64,000 nucleotides of DNA from Candidatus Raymondbacteria bacterium RIFOXYA2_FULL_49_16 (GCA_001789205.1 MFYT01000039.1:85295-149294), one strand, 5' to 3'. Counted from the stretch's first letter, positions 50,987 through 60,741 are shown. Program-made: numbers and translations. The notes: generated by a model from the sequence alone, not told the origin.

Positions 50987-51156
50987 ATCATTCCAAAGGC
51001 CGCATTCTTAAAATTAAAACCGGGTATAACCCGAATTCCAGTTCAATAGGAACGCATGTTTCTTATTTTATAAAAGGCATGTCCGCGTTCGCGGTACTCA
51101 TTAACGGCATCATGGCCGTTCTGTACACGTTCCGCGAGAAAAGGAAAAAGAAATAG
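50983..51156 (+). CDS. 57-aa membrane-anchored peptide B (GYNPNSSSIG motif); not in ORF track
   Basis: MNHSKGRILKIKTGYNPNSSSIGTHVSYFIKGMSAFAVLINGIMAVLYTFREKRKKK; ATGA overlap with the upstream stop; paralog of 47582. Confidence 0.88.
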   Translation: MNHSKGRILKIKTGYNPNSSSIGTHVSYFIKGMSAFAVLINGIMAVLYTFREKRKKK

Positions 51157-51161
51157 CCGCT

Positions 51162-51668
51162 ATGAGCTTTTTTAAGATCATGAGTGTCTTTGCTATCTGC
51201 GCCGGCTGCATAGGCTGCGCCGGCCGCCGGGAACAAACAGTGGCCCCTGATTTTCTTCTGAATGATCTGCAGGACCGGAGATTTTATCTGAGCAGCTGCA
51301 AAGGAAAGGCCGTGCTTCTGAATTTCTGGTCTACTCATTGCGCACCCTGCATGGAAGAAATGCCCCATTTGGAAAAACTCTATGGGGAATTCTCGAAACA
51401 GGGAGTGGTGTTTGCGGGAATATGCATTGATCCGGCGGAAGCAGGATATCTGGAAACGCTGGTACATGGTCTTGGCGTCACGTATCCTGTGCTTGCCGAT
51501 ATTTCAGGCCGGACAGCGGCGCTGTATGCGGTAACAGCCGTACCCGTAACCATTATCATCTCTCCGGAGGGTATGATACACAGCAGAACAACAGGATATA
51601 GGGAAGCGTATATACAGCGTTTCAGAGAACAGCTTGCCTCTCTGACAGGCGCATCCGGGACACCATGA
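51162..51668 (+). CDS. TlpA/ResA-family thiol-disulfide oxidoreductase (probable lipoprotein)
   Basis: APDFLL...GKAVLLNFWSTHCAPCMEEMP; VPVT cis-Pro loop. Confidence 0.9.
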   Translation: MSFFKIMSVFAICAGCIGCAGRREQTVAPDFLLNDLQDRRFYLSSCKGKAVLLNFWSTHCAPCMEEMPHLEKLYGEFSKQGVVFAGICIDPAEAGYLETLVHGLGVTYPVLADISGRTAALYAVTAVPVTIIISPEGMIHSRTTGYREAYIQRFREQLASLTGASGTP

Positions 51669-53233
51669 AGCGTTTCATTGTAACCAGTGCCCTTGCATGC
51701 GTCCTTGTCGCCGGACCCAAAGCCGCATCTGAATTTCTTATCAGGCCTTTTGTCCAATCCATAACCAAGGAGTCCGCCGCTATCTGCTTCTCTCTGCCGA
51801 ACGATGCTGTTTCGCGCACGGTAATCGGCACGGCCGACAACGCTGAAACAGCCGTTTATACGGCGCATGAATCCTTAGTAAAAGCGCGTTTCACCGGTCT
51901 TAACCCGGAAACGAAATATTATTATACTGTTTCAGTCAATGGTACAGAACTTCTATCGCCGCCAGGAGAGTACTATTTTTTTACCGGATCCGCGGCATTG
52001 GAAACGCCGGTGACCATCGCGGTATATGGTGATACGCGCAGCGGCGAGGAAAGTTTTGATCTTGACCATCGGTCGGTCGTGGAAAGCATACGTCATTATT
52101 CGTCTCCCGATCTTCTCCTGCATACCGGAGATGTGGTCAATACGCAGGATCCCGAAGGGTGGAACCGGTTTTTTCACATCGAACATGAGCTTTTAAAAAA
52201 CACGCCGCTATATCCGGTACGGGGCAACAGTGACGGCGACCGGACTGATATCCTGCATATGTTCGCGCTTCCCGGAGATACCACCTGGTATTCCTTCTCC
52301 GCGGGACCGGTATACTGCATCGCCCTTGATCTGCAGAATAATATGACCGACAGCTATTATGCAAAACATATCGGCCCCGCAAGCGATCAGTGGAACTGGC
52401 TGACTCGCATGCTGGCCTCTGATGAACGGAAACGCTGCCCGTTTACACTGGTCTATTTTCACGCCCCGCTTTTCCCTCCGGATGACGAAACCAGCCCGGC
52501 AATGAAAGACCATCTTGTTTCACTGTTTGAAAAAAGCAATGTGGACCTTGTAATCAACGGCCAGCACTATTTTTCGTATGCCCAGCGGAATGGCGTAACC
52601 TATATGATAAGCGGCGGCGGGGGCGCCCTCCTTGACCGGTATCAGGCCAAACGATCAGCGTCGGTACGGGTGTATGAACCTGTTTTTCACCATCTGCGGA
52701 TCACGGCAAACTATCCCGCGCTCACCATAGAAGCGGTAGACAATGCGGGAACCGTCTTCTTCTCGCATTCCATTATCGCCTCTTCGCCTTCCCCGGGAAA
52801 AGAACAACCCCAGCCGGGCCTCACCGAAAACAGGATACCACTGCATATTTTCGGCAGTAGTGGCTGCGCCGAATGTGATTTACTTAAAAACGTGCTGCTT
52901 CCTGAAATTGAAAAGTCGCTCGCGCCCTATACCTTCTCCATTACTTTCTATGACACTGATATTCCCGAACACTATGAGCGGTTTCTCGTGTACGAGTCCC
53001 GTCTGGGCGACCGTAAGCACACCCTTCCTGCACTGTTATATGCCGACAGAATCCTGAGCGGCCCTGAACTTGACCTGCTTTCCCTGAAAGAGTTTTTTAA
53101 AAGCCGCGTCATGAGACAGGATAAAAACAGCGTCAAATCCCTTGGTTCCGAGAGGTATCCGATGTATCTTTATTTTATATTGGTTGCCGCAGGCATAGGG
53201 TTGTTCGTGTTTATTAAGAAAAGGAACGGATAA
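51665..53233 (+). CDS. Purple-acid-phosphatase-like metallophosphoesterase with C-terminal CxxC domain and TM anchor
   Basis: GLNPETKYYY, YGDTR, HTGDVV, RGNSD, FHAP; GCAEC; terminal TM followed by KKRNG. Confidence 0.78.
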   Translation: MKRFIVTSALACVLVAGPKAASEFLIRPFVQSITKESAAICFSLPNDAVSRTVIGTADNAETAVYTAHESLVKARFTGLNPETKYYYTVSVNGTELLSPPGEYYFFTGSAALETPVTIAVYGDTRSGEESFDLDHRSVVESIRHYSSPDLLLHTGDVVNTQDPEGWNRFFHIEHELLKNTPLYPVRGNSDGDRTDILHMFALPGDTTWYSFSAGPVYCIALDLQNNMTDSYYAKHIGPASDQWNWLTRMLASDERKRCPFTLVYFHAPLFPPDDETSPAMKDHLVSLFEKSNVDLVINGQHYFSYAQRNGVTYMISGGGGALLDRYQAKRSASVRVYEPVFHHLRITANYPALTIEAVDNAGTVFFSHSIIASSPSPGKEQPQPGLTENRIPLHIFGSSGCAECDLLKNVLLPEIEKSLAPYTFSITFYDTDIPEHYERFLVYESRLGDRKHTLPALLYADRILSGPELDLLSLKEFFKSRVMRQDKNSVKSLGSERYPMYLYFILVAAGIGLFVFIKKRNG

Positions 53234-54123
53234 TGAAATCACGAAACGTTTCATCAATAGCGGAAACACGGACTGTTTTTGTTGATCTGAAATGGATAAA
53301 GGGAATATTGTTTGGAATTCTTTTTATGTTTATTGTCCCGCTGGCGCTATCATGCTCAAAAGAAACTTCCGGTACATTCAATCCCGCAGACCATTATTTA
53401 AAAATAGAAGAACTCAGGGCCGCTAAACCGCTGGACTTGCACAAAATTGAAAGCATATACACCACACAACTTGCACCGCGATATCACACGGCCTATCCCG
53501 CTATTCACGCATCCATCCTTGAAGCTATGAGGAAAGGGGAGGCCGGAGAAAACGTGCGTGTGCAATCGCAGACCATAAGCAAGGAGCTGCAGAAGATTTT
53601 CTACCGGGAGCTTGCCGCCTCGCTCAGCGCGCTTGAAGCGGAAGCAGACCCTGCGATGTATGCGCAGGAACTTGAAAGGGCGAAATCCGCGTATGCGTGT
53701 TTAAAACCGCTGTCTAAGCGCAGGAGCGAATGGCTGAAGAACGGCACAGCGTTTGACGACCTTTTCGCGTCAGCCTTCAGCACTTTGGCCTCAATGCCTG
53801 GCAAAGAAACCGTAAAAAAAACATGTGATCGGATCATTTTATTATTTCGCGACATTTTCATTTACTCTGTTTTTTATGAACTGTTCGGCATAGAGACGTC
53901 ACGGGGAACAGATAACATCACATGCGAAGAGAAAATGGCTGAAGCAAGGATCTTTCTGGAATCAGCTCTGCCATTCTGCAGGCAACAGCAGTTCTGCGTG
54001 CCGCTGGCAACAGCGTTTCATAAGGACTATAGGGACCTGGATATTGAAAAAACCAGGGAAGACTTGTTTGCCGCGTTCCCAGGGCTGGATACGCACGCAG
54101 TGTTGAAAGCGTCCGGGAAATAA
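53233..54123 (+). CDS. Helical lipoprotein of unknown function
   Basis: Hydrophobic segment ending in lipobox-like LALSC; TAATG coupling to the upstream gene. Confidence 0.6.
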   Translation: MKSRNVSSIAETRTVFVDLKWIKGILFGILFMFIVPLALSCSKETSGTFNPADHYLKIEELRAAKPLDLHKIESIYTTQLAPRYHTAYPAIHASILEAMRKGEAGENVRVQSQTISKELQKIFYRELAASLSALEAEADPAMYAQELERAKSAYACLKPLSKRRSEWLKNGTAFDDLFASAFSTLASMPGKETVKKTCDRIILLFRDIFIYSVFYELFGIETSRGTDNITCEEKMAEARIFLESALPFCRQQQFCVPLATAFHKDYRDLDIEKTREDLFAAFPGLDTHAVLKASGK

Positions 54124-54162
54124 ACCGCCTGGTTCGAAAAAACCCCCGGTTTTCTCCACACA

Positions 54163-56190
54163 TTATCTTAGCAGCACCGCGCGCTTGGTATACACAATTC
54201 CATTGACGCATATGCGGATTATGTACGTTCCGGATGGCATGTTTCGGGCGTTCCAGGTGTATGCGTGCGTACAAGCGGTATTCACAGTACGTTTATTGTA
54301 CAGGAACGAGGTCCCCGCATTGTGTACGCATACGCCTTGCACATTATAAATGCGCAAGGTTGGGCTGGTTGCGGCGGGTAATCCATTTGTTGGATCAGGT
54401 GATAAACCCGCCCCAATAAATATGGATATCACCATAACTGGATTAAACGGGTTTGGTTCCACTGTTACAGCCATATCATTCTGCGTTGAGGCCGATATGC
54501 CCGCTCCGGTTGTTCCTCCGCACGAGCTTTTGTCTTCGGGCGTATTATAATCGGCAGAATAAAACCACACTTCCTGTGGAGCAACAAGCGTATCATTACC
54601 TGAATAGAGTTCAAGATCAAAGGACAGGTCAGAGCTTGTAGAGCTCACCTGATGGACCTCTGCCGCAATGACATTCCCGCCATTCCGGAAATGCGATATA
54701 AAAGAGGTGATGTCGTTGACCGCGAATGCCGATCCCTCGTGATCTCCGGAAGCAAAAGTGCTGTACGTCACTTCACCCGGAAGCATGGATCTGCGGGCGA
54801 TCTCGTATCCATTCAAATAGACCACAACACCATCATCATATTTTACTCCTAGCGAACAGGACGAAAAGGCGGACGCATCATCAATAAAAAAACTTTTCCT
54901 GAAATAGGCCGCATCCACATGAGGTATCACGGTGTTTTCGTCCCCATCGCCATAGCCGATTTCAGCCGTCCCCGTTGACCAGCTTCCATCGTCATATCCC
55001 TGGTCTTTCCATGTAACGGTATAACAGAGTGTGTCAATGGTAAAAGTAATAACACGGCTTGTATCCATCACATTGCCTGAATCATCGACCGCGCGCACAT
55101 AGAAGGTATATGCCATGTCATTTTCCAGAGAAAGAGTTGTTGTATGGATTTTTGCGCCCTCTCCGGTGACAAACTGATTGGCCATTTCATAATAAGATTG
55201 GTCGGACATGCTCCAGCGAACAAAGGCGTTTTCCTGCGTCTCAACCAGCACTATCACTTCCGTGGTGTTTACGGTACCCGATGGTTTGCTATCTGTAACA
55301 TACGGCGCCAATGAATCGGGGCCTAGTATCCAGTAATCGGTCATGGCCCAGGAATCATTATTAAAAGGGCAGGCCACCGTCATAAATCTCAGATTTGCCC
55401 CATCAACCTCGACATATACAATAGTATTATTATTATCACCACCCGTAATGCCCAAGGCGCCCGCGTCAATCTGGTATATGCCTCCGGGTTCATCCGGATA
55501 GCACAGACCGTCAAACGCACAGGCGGAATGGGGGTCAAGCACCCTCATTCTGCAGAAGGAATGGGTATGTCCGACCATAATACCCTTGACTTTTGTACCG
55601 TGTGAAAGCAGCATGTTCCACAGATCGTCCGCCCAGGCAGCTGGTGGTCCGGCATATCTTCCGCGGGGAAACGCCGGACCATGAAATGAAATGAATACAT
55701 GATCTGCGAAATCCGCATCCGTGATCAGGCTGTCCATCCAGTTGATCCAGGTTGCCTGACCAAGCCCGGAATACTGGTCAAAAACAATGATTCTCACGTT
55801 TTTCCAGTCCACGTAATAATTACACCTGTTGTCTCGCAGGACAACACTGTCAAGAGACGGGAGTATTGTATCGAGCATAAGGTCAACATCAGCAGGGGTC
55901 TCGTCATCATGATTACCCATGACCGGATAATAGGGGGGCGCCTGGTATTGCGGATCCTGTACGATGCCCCAGTTTTCATTTGCCAGGTCCAGATCACCGG
56001 CAGCGACAATGAATTCCGCTTTGGGAAATGGAACGGTCTCGTTAATGGTCATATCCCTGATTTCGGTGAGCATATACCGTACGCCAGTATGCCATCCGCA
56101 ATTGTCGGCCACAAGTGCAAAGGTCCACTTTTGGCAGAATGCCGACACTGTCAGAAGATATATACAAAGTGTTATAAGGATGTGCTTCAT
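54163..56190 (-). CDS. Secreted metallophosphoesterase with C-terminal sorting-like tail
   Basis: Signal peptide; ADN, GDLD, GNHD, GHTH; EPNPFNP tail. Confidence 0.85.
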   Translation of the reverse strand: MKHILITLCIYLLTVSAFCQKWTFALVADNCGWHTGVRYMLTEIRDMTINETVPFPKAEFIVAAGDLDLANENWGIVQDPQYQAPPYYPVMGNHDDETPADVDLMLDTILPSLDSVVLRDNRCNYYVDWKNVRIIVFDQYSGLGQATWINWMDSLITDADFADHVFISFHGPAFPRGRYAGPPAAWADDLWNMLLSHGTKVKGIMVGHTHSFCRMRVLDPHSACAFDGLCYPDEPGGIYQIDAGALGITGGDNNNTIVYVEVDGANLRFMTVACPFNNDSWAMTDYWILGPDSLAPYVTDSKPSGTVNTTEVIVLVETQENAFVRWSMSDQSYYEMANQFVTGEGAKIHTTTLSLENDMAYTFYVRAVDDSGNVMDTSRVITFTIDTLCYTVTWKDQGYDDGSWSTGTAEIGYGDGDENTVIPHVDAAYFRKSFFIDDASAFSSCSLGVKYDDGVVVYLNGYEIARRSMLPGEVTYSTFASGDHEGSAFAVNDITSFISHFRNGGNVIAAEVHQVSSTSSDLSFDLELYSGNDTLVAPQEVWFYSADYNTPEDKSSCGGTTGAGISASTQNDMAVTVEPNPFNPVMVISIFIGAGLSPDPTNGLPAATSPTLRIYNVQGVCVHNAGTSFLYNKRTVNTACTHAYTWNARNMPSGTYIIRICVNGIVYTKRAVLLR

Positions 56191-56299
56191 ACTATATTGA
56201 TTCAGCCTCATGCAAGGCGCCTATACATGGAATATTAAAATTGCCAATTTTCATTTGCAAGAACCGTAATAAATAATCACTAAAGTCACGAACCTGTTT

Positions 56300-58675
56300 T
56301 TAGTTTAGCAATATCAATTTTTTTGACATCATTACCTTGCCATTACAATGAACTTTTAATACATATATGCCTGCCGGCATATCAGATGCGTCCCATACGG
56401 CTGTTAACGAGCTTTTTATTGCCGCAGTTACTGAAGCAATCGAAGCAACCCTCCTCCCTTTTACATCAAACACGTCAAATCGCGGGGTGGCATTCTTGCC
56501 GTTAGGATTTTGCATTATAAAGCCCATGTTTTTAATCGATATTGTTGTTGATGGATTGAAGGGGTTTGGAGAAACGTCAACCCCTATGTCCGATAAAAAC
56601 CCGTTAGAAGTATATGCCTCAGTAACAAGATCCGGGGGCATGCAACCCTCGTCATGATAGGACCATTCGCTCTCAAGACCAAACAGATCGCTGTTGTTTA
56701 TTGCCAATCTGGCGGCAAAGGTAAAAAAAGTATTATTGGCCGGTTTTTTATGCACTTCTATTGCCAGGGTATTTGTTCCGTTTATTAAAAGATCTGAATA
56801 TTCTGAAATATCCGCATTTAAAAACAACCATCCTGCCGTATCAGCGGCCCAGGTGTCGTATGTCACCGGCCCTTCGGACATTTCAGCCCTCAGCACTTCG
56901 CGGCCGTTAAGATATGCCACCGAACCATAATGCAAATTCTGGTACAGCTGCAACCTGGTCACCTCGGAAACATCAGGTATGTTAAAAAGTTTCACGAAAT
57001 ATGCCGCATTTATCCCTGATGCAAGAGGCGTATTGCTGCTGTAATTACCGAAACGGGCCAGCCCGGCGCTCCAGCCGGGTCCGGTGGTAGTATAACCTGG
57101 ATTTTTCCATTGCGGTCCGCTAATGGAAGTGTCATAGACAAAGGTAATGATCTCAGGGGCTGATTCATTGCCCGAATCATCTTTCGCGCGTAGATACACT
57201 GTTTTGGTGGTTGAATATTGACAATCAACATTTGCCGTATGAACAACACCGCCGGTAATGGTAAACATATTTTCCATCTCTGCATACGATCGGTCTTCGA
57301 GGTCCCACTTTACTGTGGCATTTTCATTCGTTGCTGCCATAAGCTCCGCAGGACAGGCATGTATTACTCCTCGAGGCCCGGCCGAGACAAAGCGCGGGTC
57401 ATAATAGTCGTTTGTGTCCGCCAGAAACGTAATGACCGCGGACGTGTCCATTATATTTGGCGTTGGTTCATCATCAGCCGCCCGGATATAAAGAGTCTTT
57501 GTTTCCCCCTGCAGACAGGTAATGACCGTGCTGTGTAAAACGTCTCCGGTAATAGAAAATGTATTGGCCATACTGCCGTATTCCTGGTTGGTATAGCTCC
57601 ATTTTACCGTAGAGTTCTCATTCGTATTTACTGTAATGACCGCATCAAGAGATCGTACGGTATCAATCATGGACAGGCCCGGAGAAAAAACGGTAAAATA
57701 AGGCGCCTCCCTGTCCGGTGCGTCATTTACCGTCCAGAGATTCGCTATCTGCCAATCAGGATCATCGGCCTCCCAATTCCACAGACCTTTTTTCACCATA
57801 AAAGTAACGCTGTCATCATCAACCTGGATCCAGACAATTCCCATTCGCGGATCGTTCATTGCTATGCCGACATGTCCTGGATCTATCTGCCATATGCCGT
57901 CATCTTCATGCGCCCTGATATCAGTCCTCTCCGCGGTCTCATAACATCCGGTATCAGTTGCGCAGGGTCCGTCAGGATCTTTTATACGAAGAATATCGTA
58001 CCAGTGGGTGTGGCCCACAAGAACACCTTTAACTTTATTGCCGTGAGAGATAAGCATGTTCCAGAAATCTGGGACCCAGCTCCCTCTGCCTTCGATTGAT
58101 GTATGGCGCTGCCGTGCAAATGCGGGACAATGAAAAGCGATAAAAACATGTTTATTATTACCGGCTCCCGCAATCATGCTGCTGACTGAGTCTATCCAGC
58201 CGGTTTCTCCCCAGAAAGCGGTATACTGATCAAGGACAATCAGGCGAACGTTTTTCCAGTCTACATAATAGTTAAGGCCATCGCTAAAAACCGTCGTGCT
58301 GTCCTGCTTAACAAGAATGGAATCAACCATATATTCAACACAGGTCACGCCGCTCACTGCCGAACACCCTGATTCAACATCATGGTTCCCGTTAACAGGG
58401 AAATAGGCAACGCCATTGCTGTTGGCCCTCACCACATCATATAGAAGGCTATCTCCCACGGAGCTTGCTAGGCTAAGGTCGCCCCCAGCCACAATAAACT
58501 CAGCTTTCGGAAACGCAGGAGATGTATTTACCGTAGCATTAGTCAGTTCTTTGCAGGCCCATCGTACTGGTTTTTCACTGGTCAGATTATCGGCATAATA
58601 ACCGAAGCTCCATTTTTCACCAAACGCAACGGTGCTCAATAGAAGAATAATTGTAATCAGCAGGTAATTTGTCAT
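56300..58675 (-). CDS. Secreted metallophosphoesterase with C-terminal sorting-like tail (paralog of 54163)
   Basis: Signal peptide; ADN, GGDL, GNHD, GHTH; SPNPFNP tail. Confidence 0.85.
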   Translation of the reverse strand: MTNYLLITIILLLSTVAFGEKWSFGYYADNLTSEKPVRWACKELTNATVNTSPAFPKAEFIVAGGDLSLASSVGDSLLYDVVRANSNGVAYFPVNGNHDVESGCSAVSGVTCVEYMVDSILVKQDSTTVFSDGLNYYVDWKNVRLIVLDQYTAFWGETGWIDSVSSMIAGAGNNKHVFIAFHCPAFARQRHTSIEGRGSWVPDFWNMLISHGNKVKGVLVGHTHWYDILRIKDPDGPCATDTGCYETAERTDIRAHEDDGIWQIDPGHVGIAMNDPRMGIVWIQVDDDSVTFMVKKGLWNWEADDPDWQIANLWTVNDAPDREAPYFTVFSPGLSMIDTVRSLDAVITVNTNENSTVKWSYTNQEYGSMANTFSITGDVLHSTVITCLQGETKTLYIRAADDEPTPNIMDTSAVITFLADTNDYYDPRFVSAGPRGVIHACPAELMAATNENATVKWDLEDRSYAEMENMFTITGGVVHTANVDCQYSTTKTVYLRAKDDSGNESAPEIITFVYDTSISGPQWKNPGYTTTGPGWSAGLARFGNYSSNTPLASGINAAYFVKLFNIPDVSEVTRLQLYQNLHYGSVAYLNGREVLRAEMSEGPVTYDTWAADTAGWLFLNADISEYSDLLINGTNTLAIEVHKKPANNTFFTFAARLAINNSDLFGLESEWSYHDEGCMPPDLVTEAYTSNGFLSDIGVDVSPNPFNPSTTISIKNMGFIMQNPNGKNATPRFDVFDVKGRRVASIASVTAAIKSSLTAVWDASDMPAGIYVLKVHCNGKVMMSKKLILLN

Positions 58676-58830
58676 AACGTGCGTCCGAATAAAAAATTTT
58701 AGTTTAAAAACAGATGTTCATTATAAAATATAATTAATATTGGCCTTTTTATTAGCAAAAATCGAGTTAAATATTTAATAAGTATAGATAAGAATAGATA
58801 TGTTGCTTATTTTTGTGTATATTTATTTTA

Positions 58831-59889
58831 ATGAAATATATTCATTTGTATGAATTATTGAAAAAAGAGATTTTAGAACAAAAATTCGCTCCTGGAGCAA
58901 AGCTACCGCCAATCAACCATCTCATCACAGACCTAAAAGCTTCATATGTTACTGTTCGCCACGCCTTGAAACTGCTCCAGCAGGAAGGGCTGATAAAAGG
59001 CGTGCGTTCAAAAGGGACCTTTGTCCGGGATTTGTCAGGGTTTGCGCCCTTTCCCCAGGAAAAAGAACGTTACCGCGTGGCTGTGCTTACTCCTGAACAG
59101 TTGTCCCGATCCATGACCGAACCCTACTTCAATAAGATATTCTGGGGCATTGAAGACGCGCTTTCGGAAATGAAGGGGTTGGCCTATGCGTTTTCAAACA
59201 AGGACAAAAATTTGCGAGAGATACTTAGGGAGCTAAATGTGCTCCAGATACATGCACTTATCACGGTCGGCCTGGAAGAAACAGGCTTCCGTACTGAACT
59301 GGACCGGATTGCCATGCCTGTTGTACATACTGATATTGAAGAAAAGTGCCATACCCGGTCAATTATAACAGCGGACAACCGGCAGGGTGGCCGCCTGGCC
59401 TTTGAAAAGCTCCGCTCCCTGGGCCACAGTAAGATCCTTTTTATCGAGGCATTCAACCAGAATATTAAAAAGATCGATTCCACCACTCTGCAGCGGTTCA
59501 AAGGGGCACGCGAGGCCGCGCGGCGCATAGGTTTCAGAGGACTCATGCGACGTAGTGTTTCGCACGAGCGCACCACGCGTGTGCGCGATATGCGTGCGCT
59601 GCTTGAGGAATGCGGCGCTTTTACAGGACTTGTCTTTTGTTCCTCAACGCTTTTCGGAATTGCCAAAGAGTATCTTGAAAATAAGCCGGTAGATCAGACA
59701 AAGCCGCTGGACATTGTCCTGTTTGACCTGAATGACGATCCTGAATTCATCCACCGCAAGCCAGTATGGTTCTGCAAGTGGGACGGGCAGGCCATGGGGA
59801 AGAAAGCAGTGCAGCTTGCTTTTGGACCCCGGAGCGCCCCCGGTCAGACGCATTATTTCCCTATGTTTTTACAAAGAAATATTCAGTAG
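58831..59889 (+). CDS. GntR-HTH / LacI-like effector-domain regulator (AraR-like)
   Basis: PGAKLPP...SYVTVRHALKLLQQEGLI...KGTFV; ADNRQGG...LGHSKI. Confidence 0.85.
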   Translation: MKYIHLYELLKKEILEQKFAPGAKLPPINHLITDLKASYVTVRHALKLLQQEGLIKGVRSKGTFVRDLSGFAPFPQEKERYRVAVLTPEQLSRSMTEPYFNKIFWGIEDALSEMKGLAYAFSNKDKNLREILRELNVLQIHALITVGLEETGFRTELDRIAMPVVHTDIEEKCHTRSIITADNRQGGRLAFEKLRSLGHSKILFIEAFNQNIKKIDSTTLQRFKGAREAARRIGFRGLMRRSVSHERTTRVRDMRALLEECGAFTGLVFCSSTLFGIAKEYLENKPVDQTKPLDIVLFDLNDDPEFIHRKPVWFCKWDGQAMGKKAVQLAFGPRSAPGQTHYFPMFLQRNIQ

Positions 59890-59933
59890 TATTTCTTCTT
59901 GAATTAATATATATTACCAATAGATAAACACAT

Positions 59934-59963
59934 ATACGCATAGATATGCATAGAAATACATAG
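59934..59963 (+). repeat. Three tandem imperfect 10-bp direct repeats upstream of the MerR-like gene
   Basis: ATACGCATAG / ATATGCATAG / AAATACATAG. Confidence 0.7.
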
Positions 59964-59970
59964 GTTTACT

Positions 59971-60741
59971 ATGGAAAAAGAATTACTATCGATTGGTGAA
60001 ACAAGCAAGCTGATAGGCATATCTATCGATACTATCCGGCGCTGGGAAAAGGATGGGATGCTGAAATCATTCCGGCCATCGCCAAGCGGTAACCGGTATT
60101 TCCGCAAAAAGGACATTACTGCTTTTCTTGCAAGGGAAAATCCTTTGGCAATCGGTTCCCTGGCGGGAAAAGCACGGGATTGGGTACTTGGTGCAACACC
60201 GGCCCCGCTTCCATCAACATTGCATTGCGAAACGAGCGATATCTTTAATGCGCGTCTCACCCTATTCGGACATGAGATCGGAAGCCTTCCGTATCTAAAG
60301 GATATTTTTCCGCTTGTCGTGGCAATTGCAGGTGAAATAGGGAACAATTCATACAACCATAATCTGGGAAATTGGCCCGATATGCCCGGCGCTTTTTTTG
60401 GCTACAATTTGTCAGAAGGCCTGGTTATGCTGGCAGACCGGGGGCAGGGGGTCTATGCGACGTTAAAACGTGTTTTGCCCGATTTGAAGGATGACAAGGA
60501 CGCGCTTGACGTTGCATTCACGCAGCACGTCTCGGGCCGTGCGCCTGAAAACCGGGGAAATGGATTGAAATTTGTCAAGGATGTGGTTCTGGCCAACCCC
60601 TTATCGCTTCAGTTCGCATCGGGTTCCGCTGAACTGATATTGAACCGTGTGCCGGGAAAAATGGAAAACATTGAGGCCGGGGTTCCGGTTCACGGATGTC
60701 TGGCTCGTATCGTTTTTCCTCGGAAAGGAATTAATCCATGA
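59971..60741 (+). CDS. MerR/excisionase-like HTH fused to a histidine-kinase-like ATPase domain
   Basis: LLSIGETSKLIGISIDTIRRWE; EIGNNSYNH (N box), DRGQG (G1), RGNGL (G2). Confidence 0.82.
   Translation: MEKELLSIGETSKLIGISIDTIRRWEKDGMLKSFRPSPSGNRYFRKKDITAFLARENPLAIGSLAGKARDWVLGATPAPLPSTLHCETSDIFNARLTLFGHEIGSLPYLKDIFPLVVAIAGEIGNNSYNHNLGNWPDMPGAFFGYNLSEGLVMLADRGQGVYATLKRVLPDLKDDKDALDVAFTQHVSGRAPENRGNGLKFVKDVVLANPLSLQFASGSAELILNRVPGKMENIEAGVPVHGCLARIVFPRKGINP

Noticed and set aside
54124..54153. Bidirectional terminator between convergent genes
   Set aside because: The stem (AAACCG...CGGTTT) is interrupted and weak. It is plausible but not supportable as a feature.
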